Notes: generated by a model not told the origin, from the letters alone. Shown: positions 38,717-49,208, counted from the first letter of the stretch. The stretch is 64,000 nucleotides of DNA from an uncultured Myxococcales bacterium (GCA_964400725.1 CAYNVS010000001.1:43191-107190), one strand, 5' to 3'. Translations and numbers: made by a program.

Positions 38717-39904
38717 TTACATTTTCTCAAGCAGCTTCTCGACGAGCTTCTGCGAGCGCTCCGTCAAGCGTTTGCGCCGCGCAAGCAGCTCTTCGTCGAA
38801 TGTCGGCGCAATTTTTGCGCACTCTTTCAGCAGCATGTAGCTCCACCAAAGGTCGTCGGCGTTTACGTATTCAGGCCGCAGGTGCGGATCGTTCGGATCG
38901 TCGTTCATGTTATGATAGTTTCCAAGCGGTATCGCGATTCCAGCGGTACGCCATCCGAAGGCGGAAAAAACGGTTCCCTCGCACGTTCCGCGGTCCATCA
39001 TTAATTGCTGGCACTTAAACATGTCGCTCATGCGCGTAAGGTTGGCCGCGGCATGGCGCATTAAATTAATAAGTGGAAGGTCGAACAGCGATAACCTGTC
39101 TCCCAACCGAATAACCGGGCCGCCGCCGATTTTTGCGCCGGCTTTGTAGCTGCTCGATTCCACCGAAATCATCAGTCCGTTTTCGGGGAGCATCTTCTCC
39201 TTTACCATCGCCATCGCGCCGATGAACCCTGCCTCTTCGCAGCGGGTAAAAACTCCGGTAAAACGGGTCGCCGGCTTTTCCGCGGAAAGGCTTAAAAGGG
39301 TAGCTAGAACCGTAGTGCAGCCCGCCAAATCGTCCGCAGCCAGCGCGCGGATGACGTCGCCGCTATGCTGGTAAAGAGTAAAATCGAAATGCCCAAAGTC
39401 GTTCGGGGCGACTTCTCCTTCGACCGACAGAACGAGGCTTTCCACGCTTCGTCCGCGCGGCGCCGCGAACAGAACGATCTGCGGTTCAGAGTCCGCCGGG
39501 TCTGCCGGTTTGGCGCTCGGCTGCTCTTTGGCGTACTCGATATCCGTAACCTTCCCTTTGACCGGCCCGTTTTGGGTTTGTATTACAACCTTTGCGCCGA
39601 GCAGATATTCGGGAGAAACGTACCCGTTGAAATTCGCCACCACCAGATTGCCGCGCACTTCCGTAATTTCGAGTCCCGGATGATCCATGTGCGCTACGCC
39701 GACGATCGGACGAATCTCGTCGCTCGTTCCCGCAGGCGGAAGGTAAGTTACGATTAGATTGCCGAAGCGGTCGTACTGCGCCGACAGGTTGTCGAGCTTT
39801 TCTATCGTCTCCATTATTTTTTCAGAAACAAGCTTTTCGTAAAAAGGCGCCGTCGGCGTATCCATGATTTTTTTCGCCAGGCTTAAAAATTTTTCTTTTT
39901 CCAT
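38717..39904 (-). CDS. M20/M28/M42-family metallopeptidase-like protein
   Basis: AHMDHPG, ADDLAGC, RCEEAGFIGA, ISVESS and terminal H metal-ligand pattern. Confidence 0.8.
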   Translation of the reverse strand: MEKEKFLSLAKKIMDTPTAPFYEKLVSEKIMETIEKLDNLSAQYDRFGNLIVTYLPPAGTSDEIRPIVGVAHMDHPGLEITEVRGNLVVANFNGYVSPEYLLGAKVVIQTQNGPVKGKVTDIEYAKEQPSAKPADPADSEPQIVLFAAPRGRSVESLVLSVEGEVAPNDFGHFDFTLYQHSGDVIRALAADDLAGCTTVLATLLSLSAEKPATRFTGVFTRCEEAGFIGAMAMVKEKMLPENGLMISVESSSYKAGAKIGGGPVIRLGDRLSLFDLPLINLMRHAAANLTRMSDMFKCQQLMMDRGTCEGTVFSAFGWRTAGIAIPLGNYHNMNDDPNDPHLRPEYVNADDLWWSYMLLKECAKIAPTFDEELLARRKRLTERSQKLVEKLLEKM

Positions 39905-39997
39905 AACGCTCCTCGCTTGTTTGAGCCCTTGCGCCGCGGTTATGCGGGCGTAAGGGCAAAAAAAATAAGGCGGCGGCCAAATCGCCGCAGCCCGATT

Positions 39998-40021
39998 AAA
40001 AATGCGGGCAAACCGCCCGCA
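39998..40021 (-). terminator. Intrinsic terminator after pdxT
   Basis: On the minus strand, a TGCGGGC/GCCCGCA stem followed by T5. Confidence 0.55.
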
Positions 40022-40094
40022 AAACTGTTTTTAGTTTTCTGAACAAAGAACAATGCTAAGCGTTTATTCTATGCTTTTTTACGCTTTTGCAAAA

Positions 40095-40697
40095 TTATTT
40101 TTTTATGGTTTGCAAAAATTTTTCGTGAACTCGGTCGTCGCCGGACAATTCGGGATGAAAAGCGAGAGCCCATAGATTAGCCTGTCTCACGAAAACCTTC
40201 TTCCCTTCTAGCGCAGCCGTTACTTCGACCGCTTCGCCCGTCCGTCCGAATATAGGCGCGCGGATGAAGACGCCGTTGAACGGCTCGGACAATCCCAGCG
40301 CGGTCAAATCAATCAAAGCCTCGAAGCTGTCAACCTGGCGGCCGTAAGCGTTGCGTACGACTTCGGCGTCCAACAGATTAAGTCTCGGCTGTTCCATTGC
40401 CTTGCCGCGCTCCATAATGCTCTTGGATAAAATAATCGCGCCCGCGCACGTGCCCATTATCGGCAGACCGGCGAGGCCGAGCTTTTTAATCGGCTCAAGC
40501 AGTTCCCACTCTACAAGCAGCTTGCCTATGGTCGTCGATTCGCCGCCCGGCATCGCAAGCGCGTCGATTTTTTTCAAATCTTTCGGAAGACGAACTTCGA
40601 CGGTTTTCGCGCCGAGCCGCTCGAACGCCTGCCTGTGTTCCCTGAACGCGCCCTGAAGCGCGAGAACCCCTACGGTAATGTTGGATTTAGTAGTCAT
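40095..40697 (-). CDS. pdxT: PLP synthase glutaminase subunit
   Basis: GVLALQGAFREH, PGGESTT, GTCAG, RNAYGRQVDSFE and FHPEL. Confidence 0.96.
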   Translation of the reverse strand: MTTKSNITVGVLALQGAFREHRQAFERLGAKTVEVRLPKDLKKIDALAMPGGESTTIGKLLVEWELLEPIKKLGLAGLPIMGTCAGAIILSKSIMERGKAMEQPRLNLLDAEVVRNAYGRQVDSFEALIDLTALGLSEPFNGVFIRAPIFGRTGEAVEVTAALEGKKVFVRQANLWALAFHPELSGDDRVHEKFLQTIKK

Positions 40698-40877
40698 TAT
40701 GCGAAACGCAATCATAGTTTCTAGATACGTTTTGCTTTCGGCAAAACGCTAGGGACGAATGGAAAAATCAAAATTTACGCGTTAAGCGCAAAGTCGCAAA
40801 ACGCCGTACCGCCGTACTCCGCGATCGATTGCAAAGCAAAAGCATCGAGGGGTTGCGCCGCGTCCGGCGCGCGATTA

Positions 40878-41780
40878 CTACCAGCCTCTCTCGGCAAGAC
40901 GGTCTTTGTCTTCCAGCGTATCGAGATTTATGCCGACCATCGCCTCTCCCAGATTGCGCGAAATCTGGGCTAATAGCTTGGCGTCTTTATAATGCGTTAC
41001 TGCCTGAACTATCGCCTTGGCGCGCTTTGCCGGGTTTCCGCTTTTAAAAATGCCGCTGCCGACGAACACGCCGTCGAGGCCCAGCTGCATCATCATCGCC
41101 GCGTCCGCCGGAGTGGCGACGCCGCCCGCCGCGAAATTCACCACCGGCAGCCTGCCGTTGTCGCGAACCCATTTAACCAGTTCATACGGAGCGCCGAGCT
41201 CTTTCGCCGCGGTCATAAGCTCTTCGGCGGGGGTGTGTTGCAGCTTGCGAATGCCGTCCAAAACTTCGCGGGCGTGGCGCACGGCTTCTATTACGTTGCC
41301 GGTTCCGGCTTCGCCCTTCGTGCGAACCATCGCGGCGCCTTCGCCGATTCTGCGTAAAGCCTCGCCCAGATTGCGGCAGCCGCAGACGAACGGAACGGTG
41401 AAGTCCCATTTATTAATGTGGTAGCGGTCGTCGGCCGGGGTCAACACTTCGGATTCGTCGATGTAGTCGATGCCGAGGGCTTCGAGTATCTGCGCCTCTA
41501 CGAAGTGGCCGATGCGAGCCTTTGCCATGACGGGGATGGAGACGCTTTCTATGATTTTCGTTATGATTTCGGGGTCGCTCATGCGCGCGACGCCGCCTTG
41601 GGCGCGGATGTCCGCCGGCACGCGCTCGAGCGCCATAACGGCGCAGGCGCCCGCGTCTTCGGCGATTTTCGCCTGATCCGCGTTGGTAACGTCCATAATT
41701 ACTCCGCCTTTGAGCATTTCGGCGTGGCCGCTCTTTACGAGCATGGTGCCGGTCTTCTTCTCCTGCTTTTTCTCCGCCAT
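40878..41780 (-). CDS. pdxS: PLP synthase lyase subunit
   Basis: [36 protein letters not shown] and [13 protein letters not shown]. Confidence 0.98.
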   Translation of the reverse strand: MAEKKQEKKTGTMLVKSGHAEMLKGGVIMDVTNADQAKIAEDAGACAVMALERVPADIRAQGGVARMSDPEIITKIIESVSIPVMAKARIGHFVEAQILEALGIDYIDESEVLTPADDRYHINKWDFTVPFVCGCRNLGEALRRIGEGAAMVRTKGEAGTGNVIEAVRHAREVLDGIRKLQHTPAEELMTAAKELGAPYELVKWVRDNGRLPVVNFAAGGVATPADAAMMMQLGLDGVFVGSGIFKSGNPAKRAKAIVQAVTHYKDAKLLAQISRNLGEAMVGINLDTLEDKDRLAERGW

Positions 41781-41863
41781 GTTCATCTCCGTGAAGGAAC
41801 AAAAAATAAAAATAACAAATACTTAAAAGGCCGCGCAAAAGGCGGCATCTACAAACATATTCA

Positions 41864-42041
41864 GATGAGGGAAGTTGTCAACAGCAATTAGCGCCTAAGG
41901 ATAGAAGAGCGCCGACCTGCAGCCGGTTTTGTCTCATTCTAGCGAAGACGTTTGTTAGTCGTCTAATTCTGCAATGTTTACAAGCGGTTATGCAGGACGG
42001 CGCGTTAGTTGCGAGATTGAATTCAACGAAGTTTCCTCATC
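41864..42041 (+). ncRNA. Candidate ~178-nt rod-shaped RNA (6S-like size and shape, unassigned)
   Basis: Nested stems GATGAGGGAA/TTTCCTCATC, GCAATTA/TAGTTGC, GCGCCG-CCTGCA/TGCAGG-CGGCGC, TTGT/ACAA, CATT/AATG and AGACG/CGTCT. G-U pairs favour the plus strand. Confidence 0.35.
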
Positions 42042-42253
42042 TTTCTTGACCGCCTTGGGTCTCCTCAGGAATGCGCCGCCCCTTTTATGCGAAACAGGCT
42101 GAGCCGCAGGCGGGACGGCGGACAATCCTCAATTTCAAACCGTCGTTATTTCCGCCGCGCTTAAAATTAATTGCTAAAAGTCCGGCGATGCGGTAGTTTG
42201 CCGCTAAGGCGGCGCATGCGCCGTAGAATTAACGCCTTAACAAGGAGAGGCAG

Positions 42254-42979
42254 ATGGCGCGGATTGTTTACGGAATAAGACCGGTAGCGGAGCTTTTAAG
42301 CTATCCCGACAGAGTGATTAAACTGCTTCAGCTTGAGGACGCCCGCAGTCAGGCTATAATGGAGCTTACCGACTTAGCTATAAACAACGGCATAAACGTC
42401 GAAACGGTTTCCCGCAAAATACTCGACAGCATTACTAAAGAAGGCGCGCATCAGGGGATAGTCGCCAAGGCGAATGATTTTCCTTACGTTACCCTTGAAA
42501 CGCTTTTAGAGACGAAAGCCAAACCGGGCGTTCCGCGCAGGCTTATTTTGGCGTGCGACGAGATTACCGATCCGCAGAATTTCGGCGCCATGGCGCGCTC
42601 GATGGAAGCGCTGGGAGGCGTAGGAGTAGTTATAATGTCGCGCCGCAGCGTAGAAGTTACGCACGCGGTATGCAAAACGAGCGCGGGGGCGGTGGAGCAT
42701 CTGCCGATTGCTCAGGTCGTCAACTTGTCTAACGCGCTGGACAGGGCTAAAAAACGCGGCTGGATGGTGGTCGGCCTAGACATGGACGGCGACCTTTCGG
42801 CCTACGACAAGCTCGACGCGCCGGACGTCGTTTTGGTCGTAGGCAGCGAAGGCAAAGGAATACGCAGACTCGTCGCCGAAAACTGCGACCGTATTATGTC
42901 TATACCAATGAGGGGGCGCGTATCCTCGCTCAACGCAAGCGTAAGCGTCGGCATCGCCATTTCGCGCCTGCTCTCTTAG
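42254..42979 (+). CDS. rlmB: 23S rRNA (Gm2251) 2'-O-methyltransferase, TrmH family
   Basis: YGIRPV.E, HQGIVA, DEITDPQNFGAMARS, VGSEGKGIR and IPMRGRVSSLNASV. Confidence 0.93.
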   Translation: MARIVYGIRPVAELLSYPDRVIKLLQLEDARSQAIMELTDLAINNGINVETVSRKILDSITKEGAHQGIVAKANDFPYVTLETLLETKAKPGVPRRLILACDEITDPQNFGAMARSMEALGGVGVVIMSRRSVEVTHAVCKTSAGAVEHLPIAQVVNLSNALDRAKKRGWMVVGLDMDGDLSAYDKLDAPDVVLVVGSEGKGIRRLVAENCDRIMSIPMRGRVSSLNASVSVGIAISRLLS

Positions 42980-43114
42980 CCGGTTGTTTAATTTAACGTA
43001 AGATTCCTGCTTTTTTTTCGCAAACCGTGGACGGGGCGAGTCAAACCGACGAACGATATTATTATTTTTTGAAATTTGTGAAAAATAACAAATAACAAGC
43101 GTCGTTATTCGCTA

Positions 43115-43143
43115 TTGACTACATTCTAATATAGCGCTAATTT
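43115..43143 (+). promoter_or_regulatory. Putative sigma70 promoter of the MMPL-HD-ExbB operon
   Basis: TTGACT-17 nt-TAATTT. Confidence 0.45.
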
Positions 43144-43259
43144 TTGTCGGCTGAAATTTTACGGAATAAGGCTTCCGTCTTTTTTTTGCGCGGACGCGCT
43201 TTTTGCGAGACGTCCGCAACGGCCACGACAATAAGACGCTTGCGAGCAGGAGTATTTAT

Positions 43260-45614
43260 ATGTCGCTCGAAAAAGTAACGCTCTTTACGCGCTGGGTGTT
43301 GAAACATCGCGCCGCCGTGCTGATAATTTTCGCCGCATTCTGGGCTTTTAATCTTTTTTACATCTTCAAGATTGAAGTCAACAATCAGGTCGAGCGGCTG
43401 GTCAAACCGTCCGACCCGCGCTTGCAGCAGTACGCGAAGTTCTTAGAATGGTTCGGTTCCGACGAGCTTGCGCTTATAAGCGTAGAGCGTCCCGACGGAA
43501 TATACGACAAGGAATTTCTTAAAGGAATAGAGAGATTGGAAGAAAGCCTCTCCCAAATTCCTTCAACCGCCGCGCCGACGTCGCTGCTGACTAAATACCG
43601 CCGCGCCGCCAAGCTGGGACCGCTTGAGTCGGCGGATATGGCGCGCCTTAAAGCGCTTTGGCTGGCAGATCCGCTGAACCTGAAGACCGGCTTGACGAAC
43701 AAGGACGGAACCGCTCTGTCGGTTATCGTTCCGATATTGCAGGATAAAACGAACGCCCGTAAAACGGTTGTTCCCGCAATACTGAAAACGGTGGAGCGGG
43801 CGAAAAAAGAGCCTGCGTTTTCGAACGCAAAGTTCCACCTCGTCGGTCAGCCGTTTGTAAATTTCACCATGGACAACTCCGCCTCGGAAGTCGGCTACCG
43901 CTTTTTCCCGGTCTTCTTCGTCTTCACTATTCTTACGTCCATCTTCATATACAGCAGCGTAATGGCTACCATTGCGGCTCTGTTGTCTGTCGGCACCGCC
44001 GCCGCCGCCGCCGTCGCTATGATGGCCTTTTTAAACATTCCGATGTCTCTTTTAACAACCGCGCTGCCTGTTACGCTTTTCATAATTTTGCTCGCGGGCG
44101 AAATTCATTTCAGAAACGTCTTCTTCAACCCGCACGACAAGCCGGAAACGACGAACGAACGCCTTGAGCGCGTTATGGCTCTGAAGTTCACCGCGACGGT
44201 TATTTCGGTCGCGACGGTAATGGTCGGGTTCGGGAGTCTTTCTTTCTCCGACGTTCCGAGCATAGGCGAGTTCGGACTGTTTATCGCCTACGGAATGCTA
44301 GTCGGAATCGTCTGTCATTTCACGTTGTTTCCGGTTCTTATTTCGCTGTTCTTCCCCAAGCCGCCGGAGCCGAAAGAGTTTCGCGGCAATAAAATGCCCG
44401 TCGCCGAGCGCGTCGTTCACCGCGTCTTCGATTGGACGATCAATCGCAGATGGACTGTTTTCGCCGTTTGCACGGCCGCTATTTTGGCGGGCGGATCTAC
44501 GATATTTTTTATGAAATACGAAACGAACCCGATTAATTATCTCGACGAGAAACATCCGGCGAAAGAGGAAATAAAGTGGTTTGAGAAGAACATGTCGGGC
44601 GCCGCCACGATAGAGCTTGCGTTTGACGGCTCGTCCGAAGGCGCGTTCTCCGATCCCAAAGCGGTTTTATGGCTTGTGGAAGCGCAGAAAACGATTGAAA
44701 ACGTTCCCGGCGTCCGCGCGGTCGTAGGCGTTCCCGAATTGTTGAAGGAAGCCAAAGGGATGATGTGGGGAACCTTCGCCTTTCCGGAAAAAACCGAAGA
44801 CGTTCTTTTTTACGCCAACATACTTAAAAACACCTACGCGCAGGAGTACAACGCCTATTTGACGCCGGACGGCAGGCGCGCCCGCTTTACTATCATCTGC
44901 GACACGGTCGATTATATCGGCTTCAATAAAATTATAGACGGCGTGAGAAAAGTCTACGACGAGCTGGTCGCGGCCAAACCGGCGCCGCAGGGGGCTAAAC
45001 TCATTTTCACCGGACAGACTGAGATGCTTACCGGCATCACCGCATACCTAGCCGCGACTCTTACCGAGAGCCTTTTTATTACGGTAATCGGAGTCGGCGC
45101 GCTGGTGTTCATTACCTTCTGGTCTATGTCGGTTACGATGATTTCGCTGCTGCAAAACCTGTTCGGCATCGCCCTTATGTTCGCCTTTATGTTTTTAACG
45201 GGAATAAAACTAAACACCGCTACAATATTAATTGCGTCGGTTTTGCTCGGCATTGAGATAGACAACACTATTCACTTCCTATATCATACGCGTCAGGGGC
45301 GGGAATTAGGGTTGCCTTTCCGCGAGGCCGGGCATTTCAACCTGACCATTACCGGCAGGGCGATTGCTTCGACCAACTTTATCATCGCGGTCGGCTTCGC
45401 GATATTTTATTTAAGCGACTTCCCGCCGATACGGCACTTCGGCGTGTTGATAGCGATAGGCATGATTTTCGCAATCGCGGGCGTATTGGTTTATCTGCCG
45501 GCTCTAATATCAATACTTAACCCGAACGTCGGGCTGGCAAAAGCGAAAATCGCCGCGGCGCAAGAGCGGCGGAACAATACCGAGGAGATAAAAGATGGAA
45601 TGGCGTCCAAATAG
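43260..45614 (+). CDS. MMPL/RND-family lipid transporter
   Basis: Two-repeat 12-TM architecture, WFGSDE, GFGSL.FS.VP.IGEFG, GIEIDNTIHF and SDFPPIRHFG. Confidence 0.88.
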   Translation: MSLEKVTLFTRWVLKHRAAVLIIFAAFWAFNLFYIFKIEVNNQVERLVKPSDPRLQQYAKFLEWFGSDELALISVERPDGIYDKEFLKGIERLEESLSQIPSTAAPTSLLTKYRRAAKLGPLESADMARLKALWLADPLNLKTGLTNKDGTALSVIVPILQDKTNARKTVVPAILKTVERAKKEPAFSNAKFHLVGQPFVNFTMDNSASEVGYRFFPVFFVFTILTSIFIYSSVMATIAALLSVGTAAAAAVAMMAFLNIPMSLLTTALPVTLFIILLAGEIHFRNVFFNPHDKPETTNERLERVMALKFTATVISVATVMVGFGSLSFSDVPSIGEFGLFIAYGMLVGIVCHFTLFPVLISLFFPKPPEPKEFRGNKMPVAERVVHRVFDWTINRRWTVFAVCTAAILAGGSTIFFMKYETNPINYLDEKHPAKEEIKWFEKNMSGAATIELAFDGSSEGAFSDPKAVLWLVEAQKTIENVPGVRAVVGVPELLKEAKGMMWGTFAFPEKTEDVLFYANILKNTYAQEYNAYLTPDGRRARFTIICDTVDYIGFNKIIDGVRKVYDELVAAKPAPQGAKLIFTGQTEMLTGITAYLAATLTESLFITVIGVGALVFITFWSMSVTMISLLQNLFGIALMFAFMFLTGIKLNTATILIASVLLGIEIDNTIHFLYHTRQGRELGLPFREAGHFNLTITGRAIASTNFIIAVGFAIFYLSDFPPIRHFGVLIAIGMIFAIAGVLVYLPALISILNPNVGLAKAKIAAAQERRNNTEEIKDGMASK

Positions 45615-46164
45615 AGAAGAGGCGTGGAAGCTTTATTCGAGCCTCAACTCCGAGCCGAGGCTGATTAAGCATTCTCTTTCCGTTGAAGCGGCGATGCGCG
45701 GCATGGCGCGGCATTTTAACGAGGACGAGGAGCTTTACGGCGTCGTCGGGCTTTTGCACGACGTCGATTTCCAAACGCACCCAACCGCGGAAGAGCACCC
45801 GTACGCCGGCGCGAAGATTTTAGCGGAAAACGGTTATCCCGATTTTTTCATAAAAGCGGTAATGGGGCACGCGCCTTACACCGGAACTGCGCGCGAGACG
45901 AATCTTGAGAAGTCGCTGTTCGCGGTGGACGAGCTTGCCGGGTTCGTTATCGCCTGCGCGCTTGTGCGCCCCGATAAGTCTCTTTCGGCTATGGAAATCA
46001 AGTCGGTGAAAAAGCGGATGAAGGACAAGGCTTTCGCAAGAGCCGTCAACCGCGAGGATATAATTCAAGGCGCGCGGGAACTAGGAATCGAGCTGGACCA
46101 ATTAATCGACATCGTCCGCAACGCGCTGATCCCGGCGGCTGCGGCGTTGGAAATAAATCCGTAG
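45595..46164 (+). CDS. HD-domain (HDIG) phosphohydrolase
   Basis: KHSLSVEAAMR, GLLHDVD, AVMGH, AVDELAGF and KDKAFARAVNR. Confidence 0.85.
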   Translation: MEWRPNREEAWKLYSSLNSEPRLIKHSLSVEAAMRGMARHFNEDEELYGVVGLLHDVDFQTHPTAEEHPYAGAKILAENGYPDFFIKAVMGHAPYTGTARETNLEKSLFAVDELAGFVIACALVRPDKSLSAMEIKSVKKRMKDKAFARAVNREDIIQGARELGIELDQLIDIVRNALIPAAAALEINP

Positions 46165-46216
46165 AGCCGCGCTTTACGCGCAGCCGTACGTCTAATTTTC
46201 TCAACGGAGGAATTAT

Positions 46217-46840
46217 ATGCAGGAAATGTTAAAGCAATTCGCGCTGCTCGGCAGCGAGTGGATATTATGGCTGCTTGTGATTTTAAGCGTAATCTCGATT
46301 GCGATAATGGTTGAACGCGCAATTCGAGTGGCAATGGCTAGGTCAAACCTTGACGAGATTTTCGCTTTAATTTCCGGTTTTTTAGGGAAAAAAGACTGGG
46401 ACGGCGCGGCTAAAGCGCTGGAAAAGAATAAAGGAAGCGTGGCGACCGTGGTGAAGGAGGGGCTTGCCAACGCCAAGCAGGGGACGCAGGTCGCCGAGGA
46501 AGTTATGACCGCTCAGATTACCGCGCAAAGGCAGAACCTTATGCGACTGCTGCCGTTTTTGGGCTCGGTCGGCTCGAACGCTCCGTTCGTCGGCTTGCTT
46601 GGCACCGTTCTGGGCATCATACGCGCCTTCCATGATTTGGCGTTCAAGGGAAACGAAGGTCCCAGCGTCGTTATGGCCGGCATCTCCGAGGCGCTAGTCG
46701 CCACGGCGATAGGCTTGCTGGTCGCCATTCCGGCGGTCGCGGCGTTTAACTACTTCAGAGTTCTGGTCGATAGAAACATCGAGGACTGCGAGCGCGCAAG
46801 CAAACTGCTGCTGGCCTATATGGGAAGCAAGGAAGAATAA
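46217..46840 (+). CDS. MotA/TolQ/ExbB proton channel protein
   Basis: FLGSVGSNAPFVGLLGTVLGII.AF and GISEALVATAIGLLVAIPA. Confidence 0.93.
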   Translation: MQEMLKQFALLGSEWILWLLVILSVISIAIMVERAIRVAMARSNLDEIFALISGFLGKKDWDGAAKALEKNKGSVATVVKEGLANAKQGTQVAEEVMTAQITAQRQNLMRLLPFLGSVGSNAPFVGLLGTVLGIIRAFHDLAFKGNEGPSVVMAGISEALVATAIGLLVAIPAVAAFNYFRVLVDRNIEDCERASKLLLAYMGSKEE

Positions 46841-46862
46841 AAAGTTCGCCTTCCGTCCAAAA

Positions 46863-47984
46863 ATGGCAGGGAATATGACGTTTCGCATATCTAAGGACGC
46901 GAAAGGGAAATTCCAATCGGCGCCGATCGTAGTATTAATATTCTTATCAATCGTCATTATATCTATATATAGTATGTCTCAGGCGGAGTCTATACCCGAA
47001 GCTCCCGCTCTCGAAATGCAATCCCATTTGGCGCGCAAAGGCTCGTTTGTTAAACTTCAAAACATTTCCACGGTCGCGGGAAAAGGGCTCGAAGCTCTTG
47101 TAACCGACCAGAACGGCGCGTGCGTTTTCATTTGGTCGGCCGCTGATAATTCAACGACGGAATTCGCGGGAAAATGCGGCGAAGCCGGCGAGACTATGTC
47201 CGAGACGCCGGCGGAGCTGCGCCTCAACGCGCCTTCCGCAGCCGCCGCTTACGGCGGAAGTCTCGATTTGGCCGCGATTGCGGACAGGAAGAACGATCGA
47301 ATCATCATAATTGAAAACGGCAAGGCGAGGGCGGTTCAATTCGCGCTTACGGGCGAATACGCTACAAGAATTTTCTCCGCGCGCGGAGTCGTCGATTTGG
47401 AATTCGCAGATAAATCAACGCTTTTTATGGCGGACGCGCAAAACCATACGGTTTACGAGGCCGATTTAACTACGTATAAGCTGAAGCCGACGGCCGGAAG
47501 CGGCGTAAACGCGTTGGACGACTTTACGGCCTCTGCCGATAAAGCGTCCCTTTCCTCGCCCGCCGGGATTTCGCTTTACAAAATGAACGGCGGCGACATG
47601 CGTCTTTATATTGCCGAGGCCGACGGCAGAATGCTGCGGCTTTTGGTTTACGAGGACGCGCGCCTTACAATCGTCGCGGGAAATCCGCGCTCCAATCCCG
47701 ACGACTTCGTTAAAACGGTTTCTCCGGCGATGCTCGCGGTTTTCAGGCGGCCTTTTAGAGTTTCGGCGAGTTCGTTCGGCGACGCCTGCCTTATAACCGA
47801 CCCTTCCGCCAACAGGCTTTACTACTATTCAATATTTTACGGATACGTTTACGCTTTGCAGACGGGCGGTATGGACGCCAAGGAAAGCGCGTATTCGGCG
47901 GCTTTCGACGCGACCGGTCGCGTCGCGTTCATTGGAACTAACGCTGGGTTGTACGCTTACCGCATAGTTAAATCGGCCAAATAA
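46863..47984 (+). CDS. Membrane-anchored beta-propeller (NHL-like) hypothetical protein
   Basis: Single N-terminal TM helix; repeats IADRKNDRI, MADAQNHTV, IAEADGRML and ITDPSANRL resemble NHL blades. Confidence 0.6.
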   Translation: MAGNMTFRISKDAKGKFQSAPIVVLIFLSIVIISIYSMSQAESIPEAPALEMQSHLARKGSFVKLQNISTVAGKGLEALVTDQNGACVFIWSAADNSTTEFAGKCGEAGETMSETPAELRLNAPSAAAAYGGSLDLAAIADRKNDRIIIIENGKARAVQFALTGEYATRIFSARGVVDLEFADKSTLFMADAQNHTVYEADLTTYKLKPTAGSGVNALDDFTASADKASLSSPAGISLYKMNGGDMRLYIAEADGRMLRLLVYEDARLTIVAGNPRSNPDDFVKTVSPAMLAVFRRPFRVSASSFGDACLITDPSANRLYYYSIFYGYVYALQTGGMDAKESAYSAAFDATGRVAFIGTNAGLYAYRIVKSAK

Positions 47985-48018
47985 AAAAGGCTCTTCCGAT
48001 ATGGAAGAACCTTTTTTT
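47983..48018. terminator. Bidirectional intrinsic terminator
   Basis: A6-GG-CTCTTCC-gatat-GGAAGAA-CC-T7 between convergent genes. Confidence 0.75.
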
Positions 48019-48044
48019 GCTTTTTTTAATCTGACGCCGACGGA

Positions 48045-49208
48045 TTATTTATTTCCTAAAATATGTCTCGAAATTACGATCTTCTGAACTTCGCTCGTTC
48101 CTTCGCCGATTTCAAGAAGGTGCTGGTCGCGATAAAATAAAGCGGCCGGATATTCTTCCATAAGGCCGTAGCCGCCGTGAATCTGCACGCAGAAATCCGC
48201 GGCTCGCTTCATAACCTCCGAACAGTAGTATTTTGCCATCGCCGCCTGCTTTGCAAACGGCTTCTCCTCGTCTTTCAACTTGCACGCCTTATAAAGCAGT
48301 CCCCTCGCGGCTTCGATTTCCGTTCCGATTTCGGCGAGCTTGAATTGCGTGTTTTGGAATTCGCCCAGCTTTTTGCCGAACTGCGAGCGCTCTCCGGCGT
48401 ATTGAACGGCCGCCTCGAACGCTCCCTGCGCTCCGCCTAGTCCCATCGCGGCGATCGCCAGTCTTCCGCGGTCGAGCGTCGAGAGCATCTGCTTGAAGCC
48501 GTCGCCGCGCTTGCCCAAAATGTTTTCAGCCGGAACTTCGCAGTCGGTAAAGTAAAGCTCCGCCGTGTTGGACGCGCGCCACGTCATTTTATTGTGCATC
48601 GAGCGAGCCTCGAATCCTTTGGTTCCGGCGTCCACTATGATGCAGCTAATTTCCTTGCGTCCGTCGATTTTGCCTGAAACCGCCTGCGCGGTAACTCCCA
48701 GCGTCATCGGGTTGCTCGCGTTGGTGATGAATATCTTGCTGCCGTTGATAATCCATTTTCCGTCTTTCAGCTCGGCTGTCGTCTTGCTCGCTCCGGCGTC
48801 GCTGCCCGCTTCCGGCTCCGTAAGGCCGAAGCCCCACAGCCATTCGCCGCTGCACAGTTTGGGCAAATATTTTTGTTTCTGCTCTTCGCTTCCGAAGTAA
48901 TACAGCGGCCCGATGCCCAGCGAATTGGCGGCGGCCACCGTTGCGGCCTGCGAGCCGTTGACGCGGGCGATTTCCTCCACCGCGATGACGTACGAGAGAT
49001 AGTCCATCCCCTGTCCTCCGTACTGCGGCGAGACGACTATTCCGAACAGTCCCATCTTTCCCATTTTCTTGGTCAGCTCGACTGAAAACTCTTCCTTGCG
49101 GTCGAGCTCGCGCATGACGGGTTTAATTTCGCTTTCGGCGAAATCGCGCACGCTTTTGCGTAAAATTACGTGCTCTTCCTTCAATCCGAAGTCCAGACTG
49201 TAATCCAT
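48045..49208 (-). CDS. Acyl-CoA dehydrogenase
   Basis: FGLTEPEAGSDA, INGSKIFITN, R.QFGKKL, QIHGGYG and IGEGTSEVQK. Confidence 0.95.
   Translation of the reverse strand: MDYSLDFGLKEEHVILRKSVRDFAESEIKPVMRELDRKEEFSVELTKKMGKMGLFGIVVSPQYGGQGMDYLSYVIAVEEIARVNGSQAATVAAANSLGIGPLYYFGSEEQKQKYLPKLCSGEWLWGFGLTEPEAGSDAGASKTTAELKDGKWIINGSKIFITNASNPMTLGVTAQAVSGKIDGRKEISCIIVDAGTKGFEARSMHNKMTWRASNTAELYFTDCEVPAENILGKRGDGFKQMLSTLDRGRLAIAAMGLGGAQGAFEAAVQYAGERSQFGKKLGEFQNTQFKLAEIGTEIEAARGLLYKACKLKDEEKPFAKQAAMAKYYCSEVMKRAADFCVQIHGGYGLMEEYPAALFYRDQHLLEIGEGTSEVQKIVISRHILGNK

Noticed and set aside
41915-42045. Fragments resembling RNase P RNA (GAGGAAA, ACAAAACCGGCU) and the SAM-I 3' end (GAAAGAUGAG) on the minus strand
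   Set aside because: The P4 pairing partners and the remaining conserved cores are missing.
42042-42068. Hammerhead-like CUGAGGA-GACC/GGUC on the minus strand
   Set aside because: Stem II is followed by AAGAAA rather than GAAA, and stems I and III are not evident.
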